Translations under genes and position numbers: made by a program
Assembly (NCBI RefSeq): GCF_001194135.2
Contig: NC_069001.1
Coordinates: 28,453,998 to 28,517,997 of the forward strand
Source: Octopus bimaculoides
Taxonomy: Eukaryota
DNA: 64,000 nucleotides
Reading direction: 5' to 3'
The notes under the pieces: model-generated
Told to the model about the DNA's origin: nothing
Database searches by the model: none
The model's input: the letters and a program-made list of their open reading frames with translations, nothing else
Shown: positions 12,236 to 25,906 of the stretch, piece by piece
Position numbering within the stretch: the stretch's first letter is position 1
Layout: each line of letters starts with the position of its first letter

Positions 12236-12863
12236 TTTGTATAGTTATACGTATGTACATTTGTGCGAATATGAACCTATACGTGTGTCATATTCCACGC
12301 AAGTTTGAATTTCTATCGATGAAAGTATATGTGTTTGTATATCTTTAGGTATAGATGTTATCTCGATTTATCTTCATATCATGTGTAAGTACTTCTGCGA
12401 TTTTTAGTTCCAGGTATAAATTAGAGATGACAGTATCTATTTCACAGACGTGACATCTCTGTACCATGCAGTAACCAGCAGATTAACAAACAGTTAACAT
12501 TCTACTTCGATTTATCATCACACATCAACACTCATCCGACCAGTTTTCTATCTAGGCACTGTCTATACAGTCATACATGTAGCTTGTTAGGAAAATATTT
12601 GTGTAGTCATCCACCATGTTATAACTCTCATTCCATTTTGGTAACGATCTCTATATGTCTGTCGGTATGCCTGTCTGTCTATCTAACGATACACTCGTGT
12701 GCGGGCGCGCACACTCACACAAATGTTTATGTGGTCAAGTGTCTGTCTACATATTTGCCTACGACTACGTGCGAGTAAAAGTGTGTCTATGTCTATCTCT
12801 GAATTTGAATATGAATATGCAAACACTAATATGCAGAAAATGTGTCTGTGAGGAAGTGTATAT

Positions 12864-12905
<42 letters not shown>

Positions 12906-12960
12906 GCATGTATGTATGTATGTATATATGAATATGTGTATATATATATATATATGTATA

Positions 12961-12993
<33 letters not shown>

Positions 12994-14265
12994 NNNNNNN
13001 NNNNNNNNNNNNNNNNNNNNNNNNNNNNNNNNNNNNNNNNNNNNNNNNNNNNNNNNNNNNNNNNNNNNNNNNNNNNNNNNNNNNNNNNNNNNNNNNNNNN
13101 NNNNNNNNNNNNNNNNNNNNNNNNNNNNNNNNNNNNNNNNNNNNNNNNNNNNNNNNNNNNNNNNNNNNNNNNNNNNNNNNNNNNNNNNNNNNNNNNNNNN
13201 NNNNNNNNNNNNNNNNNNNNNNNNNNNNNNNNNNNNNNNNNNNNNNNNNNNNNNNNNNNNNNNNNNNNNNNNNNNNNNNNNNNNNNNNNNNNNNNNNNNN
13301 NNNNNNNNNNNNNNNNNNNNNNNNNNNNNNNNNNNNNNNNNNNNNNNNNNNNNNNNNNNNNNNNNNNNNNNNNNNNNNNNNNNNNNNNNNNNNNNNNNNN
13401 NNNNNNNNNNNTATATATATATATATTCTCATGGGCGCGTATCCGTGCGCTTCTACTCAGTTTTATCATGTGCTTCTGTACAATGCACAGAAATAGATGC
13501 TACATTCTGTGGATATATGTGTGGATCTGTTTATTGCCATTGTTTTTTTTTTGTTTCTTTTTTGGGATTTATGGGAATCATTTATTGATCTTTGGAATAA
13601 ATTGAATTTTAGAGTCAATCACAGACATGTAGTCTATTAAACTACAATGTTGATACCGCAACCATTTTAGACAAAAACTAAATGTGTAGAAGTGTTTTTG
13701 TTAATATTCTATAAAGAGTAACTCACATTTCAAGTATTAATGTTATTACCAAATGTAAAATATTAAAATATACAAAATACACAATATATGGATTATAAGA
13801 GACCATTAATATATGCATATATATATGCACGCACATATATTCATATTATATATATATATATATATGTATATTTACTTATAAATCACATAGGTTTTTACAT
13901 TAGTGCAAGTATATATATGTATACACAGACGAACACAAACGCTTTCACATCAGAAAAAAATTAGGTTTTATGCGCGTTACCATGCTTTATGGAAAACCCG
14001 ATTCTATTCTGTTTTTAGATACATATCCAGGGTGTTTCTGTTTGCACATTTTAACGTAAATTTAGAGCAATTTGTTTGGCATAATAAATTTCTCATATCC
14101 ACCATCACCGTATCATCATAATAGCTATTCTGGCGATTATTTCCGCTTCATTATAAAGGCCATTATATAAGTGTGTCTTAACAACTGTGCAACAAATACT
14201 ACTCTCTCTTTCTCTTTATCTCTATCACTTCTCCCCTTCTCTCTCTCTCTCTCTATCTCTCTTTA

Positions 14266-14345
<80 letters not shown>

Positions 14346-15044
14346 CTTATTTATCTTTTTCTCACGCATTCACGTACAAACACATACACATACTTAAACA
14401 CACACACTCACATATATGTATACATAGATATGCAGATATACATACACACCCAAGCGCACACACGCACACATAGTAATATGTATATATATGTATATACGTG
14501 TGTGTATTTATATGTATGTACATATATATCTATATGTATGGATATTTATGTATATGTAAACGATAATATTTGAAGGAGAATGAGAAGTGAATATATTTAT
14601 TGAACCACTTGACACCCGTAACGTTACAGCTGTTTCACACCGTTCTTCATGAAATAAGTTTCAGGGTATAATACATTATGTTCACAAGTCTGAATATACA
14701 TATGCTTGCACCTCATTATATAATACAACTATATATATTCACAAAGCAATGCAAATATATTGAGCTAGCACTTCAGATCACCAATGATTAAAACTCTGAG
14801 AGTACAAATGAAATTGCGTCTTTTATATATAACAATAAAAAAAAAAAAATTAATTGGAAGACAGAGATTAGCTAAACTGAACTAAAATTCCGTAATGTGA
14901 ATATATTTCGATTTATATCAATTGAGATGCTACATCAAGGCCTTGCAAATTGACCATAATTAATGTCAGACAAAAAAAAAAAAAAAAAAAAAAAAGGAAA
15001 GGTGAATGCAAAAATGGTTACAGTAAATATAAGAAAATTAGAGA

Positions 15045-15450
15045 GTGACCAGGCTGGAGCAGCACCTTGTAGAATTGACAGTCGAAGAGATCGATCCCAG
15101 TAATTTTTTTAAAGCCTGGTACTTATTCCATTGATCCGTTTTTCAGAACCGCTATTTTACGGGGATATGTATACCGGCTAACACCGATTGTCAAGCGTTT
15201 TCCGGTAACAAACAAACACAGAGGCACACGCAAACGCATTCACAAATACACACACACATACACACACACGTATGTATGTGTGTATATATATATATATATA
15301 GAACGGGCTTCTTTCTCTTTTCGTCTAACAAATACACTCAAAAGGCTTTGACTGGTCTGATACTGTAGAGGAAAACACGTGCCCAATGGAACTGAATGCG
15401 GAGCCATGTGACTGGGAAGCTAACTTCTTACCACACGGCCACGCGGTTAC
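15045..15450 (-). mobile_element. SINE family B (internal microsatellite), degraded
   Basis: Reverse-complement match to the family B copies at 20090, 44995 and 52977, with an internal (CA)/(TA) tract at about 15245-15300. Confidence 0.7.
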
Positions 15451-15685
15451 CTGTAAATTGATAGNNNNNNNNNNTGTGTGTATATATATATATATATAGA
15501 ACGGGCTTCTTTCTCTTTTCGTCTAACAAATACACTCAAAAGGCTTTGACTGGTCTGATACTGTAGAGGAAAACACGTGCCCAATGGAACTGAATGCGGA
15601 GCCATGTGACTGGGAAGCTAACTTCTTACCACACGGCCACGCGGTTACCTGTAAATTGATAGATGTGTGTGTGTGTATGTGTGCG

Positions 15686-15717
<32 letters not shown>

Positions 15718-15999
15718 TAAAGTGTGAACCCGCACGTATATACGCATATATGTGAGTGTGTCTGTGAGTCAGTTTGAGTTTCATTGTGTGTTTTCACCGG
15801 CTTTAGTATATAACTCTAAACTCCCATACCGTGCATATGTTCATTAGATTTCCTAATTGCCGAACACCAAGAAAGACATGAAAATGTATAAAAAATAAAA
15901 TGAAAAACGAAACAATGTTGTATATACATATAGTTTACACTTTACAGATATGCAACCTATTATTTATATTCCCCGCATTGGCGATAGCAAAAAACCTAC

Positions 16000-16060
16000 A
16001 GGGAAGAACGTTCAGTGTTTATATCACGATTAGAATAATGTGAAGGCGTACTCTGAGAAG
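16000..16060 (-). CDS. Candidate 61-nt internal exon
   Basis: Acceptor ctagactttatag, donor CCT|gtaggt. Reads xSQSTPSHYSNRDINTERSS, phase 1 to 2, compatible with 7854-7884. Confidence 0.2.
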
Positions 16061-16201
16061 CTATAAAGTCTAGGTTTTGTTGCCGTCGAATGAAAATAAC
16101 GTCGGTAGCCATATAATGTAATCACAACAGACGTTTAACTGATAAAACTGGAATGATATGAAAACTGTTTGATAAAACACGTTTAGAGTACTATATAAAA
16201 A

Positions 16202-16420
16202 AGGCGGCGATCAGGCAAAATTGTTAGCACGTCCGAAAAAATGCTTTGCGACATTCCGCCCGTCTTTACGTTCTGAGTTCAAATTCCACCTAGGCTGACT
16301 TTGCCTTTCTTCCTTTCGGTTTCAATAAAATATGTATCAATGAAGCACTGGGGATGATGTAATCGGCTTAATCCCTACCCATAAATTACTGCCCTTGTGC
16401 CAAACATTTGAACCAATAAT
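16202..16420 (+). mobile_element. Degraded SINE family A
   Basis: aggcggcgatcaggcaaaattgttagcacg...tacgttctgagttcaaattcc...ttgtgccaaacatttgaa. Confidence 0.7.
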
Positions 16421-16436
16421 ACCTAGAAAGAATATA

Positions 16437-16563
16437 CAGGGTGTCCACAAAGTCTGGGTGCTTGGAGTAAATAAAATTATAACATAAACAATTAAATATA
16501 AGAAATAATAATTTCTTAAAGTATGTGTAAATCCCCATGTACCCAGACTTTGTGGACACGCTG
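16437..16563. mobile_element. 127-bp Tc1/mariner-type MITE
   Basis: TA at 16435-16436 and 16564-16565. 25-bp TIRs CAGGGTGTCCACAAAGTCTGGGTGC / CAGCGTGTCCACAAAGTCTGGGTAC (2 mismatches) around an AT-rich spacer. Confidence 0.85.
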
Positions 16564-16832
16564 TAGATCAGAGACCAACATTTTGGAGGAGTAATAAATA
16601 AAATCATAACTATGTCACATATGAGTAACTCTTTCTTAAGTTACAATATTGTTAACCCTCGATGATTCCAGAAATGAAACTGTCGATGTGTTTCTGTATA
16701 CTTGGATATTGAAATCTTTAAGACTTATGGCAGTCGCAAAGATGTGTTGTAGGAACGAGCTTATAACGACATATACAAGATCGAGAATTTAATAAGCGCT
16801 CCAGAATAAAGACTACATTTGTCATAAAGATT

Positions 16833-17079
16833 GTGGAGGCGCGTGTCTTAGTAGTTAGGGTATCAGCATCATGATCGTAAGAGTGTGGTTTCGATTCCTG
16901 GACCGAGCGACGCAATGTGTTCTTGAGCAAAGCACTTCATTTCGCGTTGCTCCAGTCCACTCAGCTGGCAAAAATGAGTAACGCTGCGATGGACTGGCGT
17001 CCCGTTCAGCTGCGGGACAAATATGCCATAGAATCCGGGCCCATGAGCCTGGCTAGGCTTTAAAAGGGCGCATTTATTA
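16833..17079 (+). mobile_element. tRNA-head SINE with CORE-like segment and 14-bp TSD
   Basis: GTGGAGGCGCGTGTCTTAGTAGTTAGGG head, GGTTTCGATTCC B-box, ttgagcaaagcacttcatttc. Direct repeat TTGTCATAAAGATT / TTGTCATAACGATT at 16819-16832 and 17080-17093. Confidence 0.85.
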
Positions 17080-17526
17080 TTGTCATAACGATTATAAACT
17101 ACAACATAACAATGATGCCGAAGACAACGGATGATATGAAAATAGAAAAGGAGGATAAGAGAGAGGAGAAGGTTGTTGATATAGCTAGTGGTGGTGACGA
17201 TGATGCTGATGACAACGACAATGGTGATGATGATGAAAACAAAGAGGACGCCGACGATGATAGTGACCACTACAACGAGACTGACGACAACAACGATGAT
17301 GGAATTCACGTTAATGCATAAACTCGTACACATGATGATGCTTATAAGTATTAGTGGCCGTCTTCATGATTAAGATAATGACGATGGCCAGATTAGGAAG
17401 TTCAACTTCAATATGGCTCCATGTCACTGCTAATTGATTGTTCAGATATTTTAATATGTGTAAGTCAATCAATAGGTCACTTAAATGCATGATCACTTCT
17501 ACAGCTTTATTACTTTTAATTTCTGC

Positions 17527-17633
<107 letters not shown>

Positions 17634-18328
17634 NNNNNNNNNNNNNNNNNNNNNNNNNNNNNNNNNNNNNNNNNNNNNNNNNNNNNNNNNNNNNNNNNNN
17701 NNNNNNNNNNNNNNNNNNNNNNNNNNNNNNNNNNNNNNNNNNNNNNNNNNNNNNNNNNNNNNNNNNNNNNNNNNNNNNNNNNNNNNNNNNNNNNNNNNNN
17801 NNNNNNNNNNNNNNNNNNNNNNNNNNNNNNNNNNNNNNNNNNNNNNNNNNNNNNNNNNNNNNNNNNNNNNNNNNNNNNNNNNNNNNNNNNNNNNNNNNNN
17901 NNNNNNNNNNNNNNNNNNNNNNNNNNNNNNNNNNNNNNNNNNNNNNNNNNNNNNNNNNNNNNNNNNNNNNNNNNNNNNNNNNNNNNNNNNNNNNNNNNNN
18001 NNNNNNNNNNNNNNNNNNNNNNNNNNNNNNNNNNNNNNNNNNNNNNNNNNNNNNNNNNNNNNNNNNNNNNNNNNNNNNNNNNNNNNNNNNNNNNNNNNNN
18101 NNNNNNNNNNNNNNNNNNNNNNNNNNNNNNNNNNNNNNNNNNNNNNNNNNNNNNNNNNNNNNNNNNNNNNNNNNNNNNNNNNNNNNNNNNNNNNNNNNNN
18201 NNNNNNNNNNNNNNNNNNNNNNNNNNNNNNNNNNNNNNNNNNNNNNNNNNNNNNNNNNNNNNNNNNNNNNNNNNNNNNNNNNNNNNNNNNNNNNNNNNNN
18301 NNNNNNNNNNNNNNNNNNNNNNNNNNNN

Positions 18329-18381
<53 letters not shown>

Positions 18382-18516
18382 CATTTTCTTATTCTGCAAT
18401 ACATTTTGTCATTTTATTAACTTAAATACGTACTTCTCTCTACATTTATTGACGCCATATTGTCACGTGATATATTTCTTATAAATGCTAAGTTCTACGC
18501 ATTACATTTAAAATTT

Positions 18517-18785
18517 TAGTTCACAGAAATTCGTCGATAAGAGAAGTAATGCTTCTAATTTTAATTAATATTATATGGTTAAACGTTCTCATTTATTTAT
18601 TGTATTAACACGGATTTTTCTATATTTATTTCATTTCTTAATGGATAATTATTATTAGTTCACAGTAAATATTCGATAAGATAAAATATTCTTTTAATTT
18701 TAAGTAATTTGAAGTAATATTATTAAATGTTTTTCATTTATTTATTGTACTAACACATATTTTTCTATATTTATTTCTATTTTTA
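18517..18785 (+). repeat. 139-bp diverged AT-rich tandem duplication
   Basis: TAGTTCACAG at 18517 and 18656; both units contain tcatttatttattgta(t/c)taacac...tttttctatatttattt. Confidence 0.75.
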
Positions 18786-19054
18786 TTTAATTATTATGTG
18801 GTAAGATAGGAGCATTGATTTTTTTTTAAATTTCTTATTCTAGACCTGAGAAGTGACTATATATTTAAATAGAATTATATTTGGATCGATTTATTTTTGA
18901 AATGAATTGATTTTTCTTTTTTAATATTGCCACGAAATGTGCGTAGTCAACTTACTAATATTTACTTTTTATGATTTATTGAATTCTTAGATTAGTATTT
19001 TTATAGTGTATTTTTTCTGGGTGGTGTCATGGGGTCTTTCATTGTCAGAATTGT

Positions 19055-19324
19055 ATAATGGTAGATGGAGACTGAAAGAAGCCCGTCATATATATTTGTG
19101 TATATTTATTTGTGTGTGTGTGTGTGTGTTTGACCACCGTCATCGCTTGACCACCGGAGTTGGTATGTTTACATCTCAATAACATTAGCGGTTCGAAGTA
19201 CAAACCGATAGAATAAGTTCTGGGTTCTGCTTCTTCTACTAAAAATCTTTATGGCTTTGCTCCAGCACGGCCGCTATTGAAAGACTAAAACATGTAAAAG
19301 AATACAAGAATAATAATAATAATA
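19055..19324 (+). mobile_element. 5'-truncated SINE family B
   Basis: tggtagatggagactgaaagaagcccgtc, internal (TG)n, ctccagcacggccgc...taaaagaat, then an (AAT)n tail. Confidence 0.75.
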
Positions 19325-19635
19325 NNNNNNNNNNNNNNNNNNNNNNNNNNNNNNNNNNNNNNNNNNNNNNNNNNNNNNNNNNNNNNNNNNNNNNNNNNNN
19401 NNNNNNNNNNNNNNNNNNNNNNNNNNNNNNNNNNNNNNNNNNNNNNNNNNNNNNNNNNNNNNNNNNNNNNNNNNNNNNNATATTATAATTTTCATTTATA
19501 TATATATAAATGTATATACAGAGCGAGGAAGAGCGAGAGAGAGAGTGTGTGTTTGTGTGTAGCTATGCGTGCGCGCTTTACATGTGTTTCTTTTTCTCTG
19601 GCTTTTATTGAGTTAAAGACGTACGCCACGCACAG

Positions 19636-19678
<43 letters not shown>

Positions 19679-20089
19679 TACCTATGATACTGACGTTCAC
19701 GTTTGTTTTGGGTGTGTCTAACTTCAGCATACGTAATTAAGACTGGCATAAACATGAGTACCGCACTATTATTAATAGTATCAGTTTCTCTAAATATCTG
19801 GTCATAATTCTGTATGTTCACTTTAAATATATATTTGAGTGGCGGCATCGTATATACGTCAACATATTTTTTGTCTCTTACAGTCAATTTAAGACAATTG
19901 GTAGTTTTGAAATATGAGACTGTCATTAACGATATCTTGTCACCACATACATTTATATACATTACTATATCTTTCTATTTGTAAGATATATATTTACTGA
20001 AATTCTCGGAATATCAATGACGGTTTGTTTTGAGTTATTTCGCTTTCTGTCTGTATGATTTATTGGAATTTTTGTTTTACGTTTTGCTA

Positions 20090-20297
20090 TGCGCATGAAT
20101 GGCTGTGTGGTAAGAAACTTACTTCCCGACCACATGATTCTAGGTACAGTCCCACTGCGCTGCATCTTAGGAAAGGGTCTTCTGCTATAGCCTCGGGCCT
20201 ACCTAAGCTTTGTGAGTGGATTTGGTAGATGGAGACTGAAGGAAACCTGTCGTATATATATATGGATTTGGTAGACGGAAACTGAAAGAAGTTCGTC

Positions 20298-20338
<41 letters not shown>

Positions 20339-20605
20339 CACACACATACACAGAGAGGTAAATCGATATGTATGTATTTGTGTGTGTCCCCCAATTGATG
20401 TTGGTGTGTTTATGTCTCCATAACTTAGCGTTTCGGCAAAAGAAGCCAATGCAATAAGAAACATTACCACGCCGGGCGAAATGGTTAGCGTATTTCGTCT
20501 GTATTTACATTCTGAGTTTAAATCCTGCCGAGGTCGACATTGTCTTTCATCCCTTCGGTGTCGATAAATTAAGTACCATTCGCATACAAGGCCCTTGTGC
20601 CTACA
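20090..20605 (+). mobile_element. SINE family B running into a partial family A copy
   Basis: Family B head ggctgtgtggtaagaaac..., an internal ~46-bp duplication (ggatttggtag...), (TA)n, then a switch at about 20462 to cacgccgggcgaaatg... (family A). Confidence 0.75.
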
Positions 20606-21256
20606 ATAGGACCTATACGCTCTAATGACGAAGGATAGCGTGACTTTATCTCCCATCTTCTAAATACAGATTTATCAAGTGCTATATTTTTTTCTTTTAA
20701 TCTACGTCACAAATATGAAAACCTCAGCAAATGCGTTTTAGTTGTTTTCGAATAAATTTCAATTTTCTGAGTTTTAAGAAAATATTTTATGAGGTTTAAG
20801 AAATAATTTAATCCTCGTAGTTTAGGTTATGCACTAGTGATCGGTTTCATGAGATTTTCTTTGATATTTAAATGTGTGCACTTTAATCGATCTCATCAAG
20901 TGTGTTCAGGAACGATGGAATATAGACAAGACATTTCTGTCTGTATTCCGTCATTAAGTAGAGACATTAACATACACACTGCTATACCTATATTTGATGT
21001 CAATACATTCACACATACGTACGCAAAAAAAAAACATACAGATATATATAGGTAAATATAGACAAATAGTTAGGCACATATATAGGCAGATAGGTACATA
21101 CATAAATACGTACGTACGTGTATATACCCTAAATCTGCTTGCTGGAAGTAAGGTGTGCTGCCAGTAGAACGCAATATTCGGAATTGCATACAAACCTATC
21201 AATATATGCAAAATCCACGTGATATAGGAACTGAAAATACGAAGCANNNNNNNNNN

Positions 21257-21502
21257 AGCCTGCTCGTGAAATTAACGTGCAAGTGGCTGAGCACTCTACA
21301 TACACGTGTACCCTTAACGTAGTTCTCGGGGATATTCAGCGTGACACAGTGTGACAAGGCTGACCCTTTGAATTACAGGCACAACAGAAACAGCTTTAGG
21401 TGTTTGCGCTCAATAAACACTCACAACGCCCGGTCTGGGAATCAAAACCGCGATCCTATGACCGCGAGTTCGCTGCCCTAACCACTGGGCCATTGCGCCT
21501 CC
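21257..21502 (-). mobile_element. SINE family C, young-looking, 3' end lost in a gap
   Basis: tRNA-like head GGAGGCGCAATGGCCCAGTGGTTAGGGCAGCG with GGTTTTGATTCCC B-box. Body contains gcacgttaatttcacgagcaggct, shared with 41000-41295 and about 22480-22520. Confidence 0.85.
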
Positions 21503-22578
21503 ATACATATATGCATACAAACATAGAGATAAAGGTACATACATAAATACGTACGTACGTGTATATACCCTAAATCTGCTTGCTGGAAGTAAGGTGTGCT
21601 GCCAGTAGAACGCAATATTCGGAATTGCATACAAACCTATCAATATATGCAAAATCCACGTGATATAGGAACTGAAAATACGAAGCATATATCTTTCACA
21701 AATGTAGAAAATGCCTAATAAAATCGTTTTATAAAGGTGACAGCAAGCACGATATTCTCCTTTCATGCTTTATGATACGCAATTGCAAGCTCTCTTGTTT
21801 ATTTGTAAGACTGACGTTTGGTTTTATTATATTTTATTCTACTGAACGATGACAATCTTTACAGTGCAAGACAAAATGGCGTGTAGTACTAATAGCGGCT
21901 CTTTAAACTCTTTCATGTCAGGCAGATATCAACTCTGCCATTGTCCGTTTCAGAGCTGTTAAAACAAAGCGTAGGTCAATAATGCAGTGGATAAGTCAGA
22001 ATTGCAGGTGATGAAACTGACTAACACCTGACCCCAAAATTCTGTTTGACCTAGCATATACATTAAGAGTATCTACGACTTTGTAGCGGCTGAATCTAAT
22101 TCGGAATTGTTTTCTCTGACCTAGACGAGTCCTTTCCAATATTCTTTTTATCGTGCCAATAACTTATATGATGTGATATATTAATATGACATAGAATACT
22201 CCATTTGAATGGTTCTGAACTTTATTGATCTATAAGAAAAGAGAAGGAAATGCGTCATAGGAGTCGATTCTCAACAGTAGGAATAACACTATAACTGAAT
22301 ATTGCTTCTGTCCTCTGTGCAACTGCGATTCTATTAATCGTACACTTATATTCATGCAATTTTCATCGTCTCAAAAGGAAATGTGTATCTCAGTATCAGT
22401 GTTTTTATTTCGGCAACCATGTTTACCAAAACTCAAATTCGTTTCAGAAATAAATTCGACAACGGACCAGCCTTCCCTCAGGAAATTAACGTGCAAGTAG
22501 CTGAGCACTCCACAAACATGCATAACGTTAGCATAGATCCCAGGAAGATTCGGAGTGACAAAAAATGTGTCTAGGTTG

Positions 22579-22808
22579 AAGGCGGTGAGCTGGCAGTAAC
22601 GTTAGCACGCCGGGCGAAATGCTTAGCGGTTTAGCGGTATTTCGTCTGAGTTCAAATTCCGCCGAGGTCGACTTTGCCTTTCATCCTTTCGGGGTCGATT
22701 AAATAAGTACCAGTTACGCACTGGGGTCGATATAATCGACTTAATCCGTTTTTCTGTCCTTGTTTGTCCCCTCTGTGTGAAACTCGTTGTGGGCAGTAAA
22801 GAAATAAG
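22579..22808 (+). mobile_element. SINE family A with 15-bp TSD
   Basis: Family A body ending gaaataag. Direct repeat AATGTGTCTAGGTTG at 22564-22578 and 22809-22823. Confidence 0.9.
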
Positions 22809-24209
22809 AATGTGTCTAGGTTGGCGCTTTGAAATACAGGTACTACTCTAGTCATTATTCCATGCAGAGTATATTGGGGCAACGTGAGGTAAAGTGTCTA
22901 ACTTAAGGACAAAAAGCACGGTCGGAAATCGAACTCTAAATACCCAGCTCATTAAGTCATATGACCTCACCCCCCCCCACACACACACAATTAAATATAT
23001 ACATAGTAATATGCACGTGTGTATCCGTGTACGTTTCAATATGTATATCTTAGTCGTTGCGTTTTTCCAACACTTTCACTTGACAACCGGTGTTCGTTTG
23101 GTCATTTCACCTTAACTTCGCGATTTTGCAAAATCACCAATAGAATAAATAAGGGCTTTAAATAATACCTACTAGGTAAGATTTGTCCAACTAAACAAAT
23201 GAAGGCAGCCTCACAGCGTGGCTGTATTCCAATGACTAAAGTAAGTAAAAGTTATGTATAGTACACTCCCCCCCCCACCAACACATATATATATGTTGTT
23301 TCCATGCAAGTGACTCTTATAATATAAAGGAACATTTTGTCGTACCATATCGACTTTGAGTATACAACATTATACAACGCAATGGTTTTGTTAAAAATTG
23401 CAACCGATTAGAATATTAATTATGTTTTCATGGAAGCACACCAAATAATAGTGTGTTATGGGTAATGATTGTTAATATTAAACTATAAACGTTCTCAGTC
23501 ATGTTAATTGATGTGCCAATATTATATCGTATAATTCGAAATGCAATTATAAAAATATCAAATACCGTAATTTATTTCATATTACGAACGATACACTGAA
23601 CGTTTGCAACTACAAAACAACATATATATATGAATGTGTGCGCGTGGATATGTGTGCGCATGTGTATGTGTGTGTACGTATGTATATATATACATGTATT
23701 TATATACATATATAAATATATATATGCATATATATATATATATATANNNNNNNNNNNNNNNNNNNNNNNNNNNNNNNNNNNNNNNNNNNNNNNNNNNNNN
23801 NNNNNNNNNNNNNNNNNNNNNNNNNNNNNNNNNNNNNNNNNNNNNNNNNNNNNNNNNNNNNNNNNNNNNNNNNNNNNNNNNNNNNNNNNNNNNNNNNNNN
23901 NNNNNNNNNNNNNNNNNNNNNNNNNNNNNNNNNNNNNNNNNNNNNNNNNNNNNNNNNNNNNNNNNNNNNNNNNNNNNNNNNNNNNNNNNNNNNNNNNNNN
24001 NNNNNNNNNNNNNNNNNNNNNNNNNNNNNNNNNNNNNNNNNNNNNNNNNNNNNNNNNNNNNNNNNNNNNNNNNNNNNNNNNNNNNNNNNNNNNNNNNNNN
24101 NNNNNNNNNNNNNNNNNNNNNNNNNNNNNNNNNNNNNNNNNNNNNNNNNNNNNNNNNNNNNNNNNNNNNNNNNNNNNNNNNNNNNNNNNNNNNNNNNNNN
24201 NNNNNNNNN

Positions 24210-24240
<31 letters not shown>

Positions 24241-24982
24241 TGTATGTTTGTATTGTCATGTGTGTGGGTGTATATGTACGTTCATGCATCTCCCTGCATA
24301 TATACATGCAAGTAATCTGTTTTCGTTTAGTTTTAATTTTCCGCTATTTCATTGACTCATGTGGAGGGAAAACGATAAAGACAGTGTAGGAAACTTATAT
24401 CTGATGTGTTTTGTATTTGAGTGTTGCTTCCTTTAGTACGTTGAGCCGTCACTTTCTGAGATGAATCACACACTCATATATGCGTGTGTGTGTGTGTGTG
24501 TGTGTGTTTATGTAGGTGTTTGTGTGAATGTGTCTATGTATGTGTACGTTGTTAGTGTCTGTGTGGCTGTCCGGATGTTTGTGGTTCATTGTATATACAT
24601 ACGAATGAAAGAGGGAAAATGGAAAATAATGAAAAAGAGAGAGAGAGGGCGAGGAAGATTATATGTGTGTGTGTGTGGTTATATTTGGGATAAGCAAGAT
24701 CATAGAAAAAGAATATTAATGAAATCATCTCGCGGAGTTTAAATTTTGTTTTAAGCAAAGTTCTGTTTCTGGAATCTCTGCATTCAGTCTTGTTCTCTTC
24801 TCAATAGAATTTTCAATCGTGGCAACACGGAATAGCGTCAGAGTGAATAAACAGTTTGATATCATTCTCTCCCTCTCTTTTTCTGACACTGTCTATTTCA
24901 CTCAATTTATTATCACATTACACACTCACAGACATTCACACTCACACATACTCACGCAGGCACACACTCTCACACACACACG

Positions 24983-25042
<60 letters not shown>

Positions 25043-25498
25043 CANNNNNNNNNNNNNNNNNNNNNNNNNNNNNNNNNNNNNNNNNNNNNNNNNNNNNNNN
25101 NNNNNNNNNNNNNNNNNNNNNNNNNNNNNNNNNNNNNNNNNNNNNNNNNNNNNNNNNNNNNNNNNNNNNNNNNNNNNNNNNNNNNNNNNNNNNNNNNNNN
25201 NNNNNNNNNNNNNNNNNNNNNNNNNNNNNNNNNNNNNNNNNNNNNNNNNNNNNNNNNNNNNNNNNNNNNNNNNNNNNNNNNNNNNNNNNNNNNNNNNNNN
25301 NNNNNNNNNNNNNNNNNNNNNNNNNNNNNNNNNNNNNNNNNNNNNNNNNNNNNNNNNNNNNNNNNNNNNNNNNNNNNNNNNNNNNNNNNNNNNNNNNNNN
25401 NNNNNNNNNNNNNNNNNNNNNNNNNNNNNNNNNNNNNNNNNNNNNNNNNNNNNNNNNNNNNNNNNNNNNNNNNNNNNNNNNNNNNNNNNNNNNNNNNN

Positions 25499-25531
<33 letters not shown>

Positions 25532-25866
25532 AATGATAGATTCTTTCAAATTCAATGTTTCGGCGTGTACACTGCGGGTTAAATGGTAATTTGTGTCTGT
25601 GTTCCTGACTGTGTGTGTGTGTGTGTATATGAGTGTATATGTGTATGAAAGTGTATGAATGTGTGTCTGTGCGTGCGTGTGTGTGTGCGTATTTGTGTTT
25701 GTTTGTACGTATGTAGCATATTTGTACAGAATATTTACCAATTTACCAATTATATCACATGGTATCCCATGGTTATGAAGAGAAAACCATTATAACTCAG
25801 TGAATTACATCGCATATCTCGTATCTCTGTTATTGATTTATCTTCACATTATTTCTAATTTCATAC

Positions 25867-25906
25867 TTGGCTCGTCTTTCTGATGATGATTTAACGATAC
25901 CAGAAT
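25867..25906 (-). CDS. Candidate 40-nt internal exon
   Basis: Acceptor tatattattgtag, donor CAA|gtatga. Reads ILVSLNHHQKDEP (phase 0 to 1) or DSGIVKSSSERRA (phase 1 to 2). Confidence 0.17.

Noticed and set aside
15301-15662. Exact 164-bp direct repeat (15301-15464 and 15499-15662)
   Set aside because: Perfect identity on either side of a 10-N gap indicates unmerged contig overlap.
21913-21955. Strong minus-strand acceptor followed by short frames (LKRTMAELISA* or SETDNGRVDICLT*)
   Set aside because: Could be an alternative last exon, but nothing else supports it.
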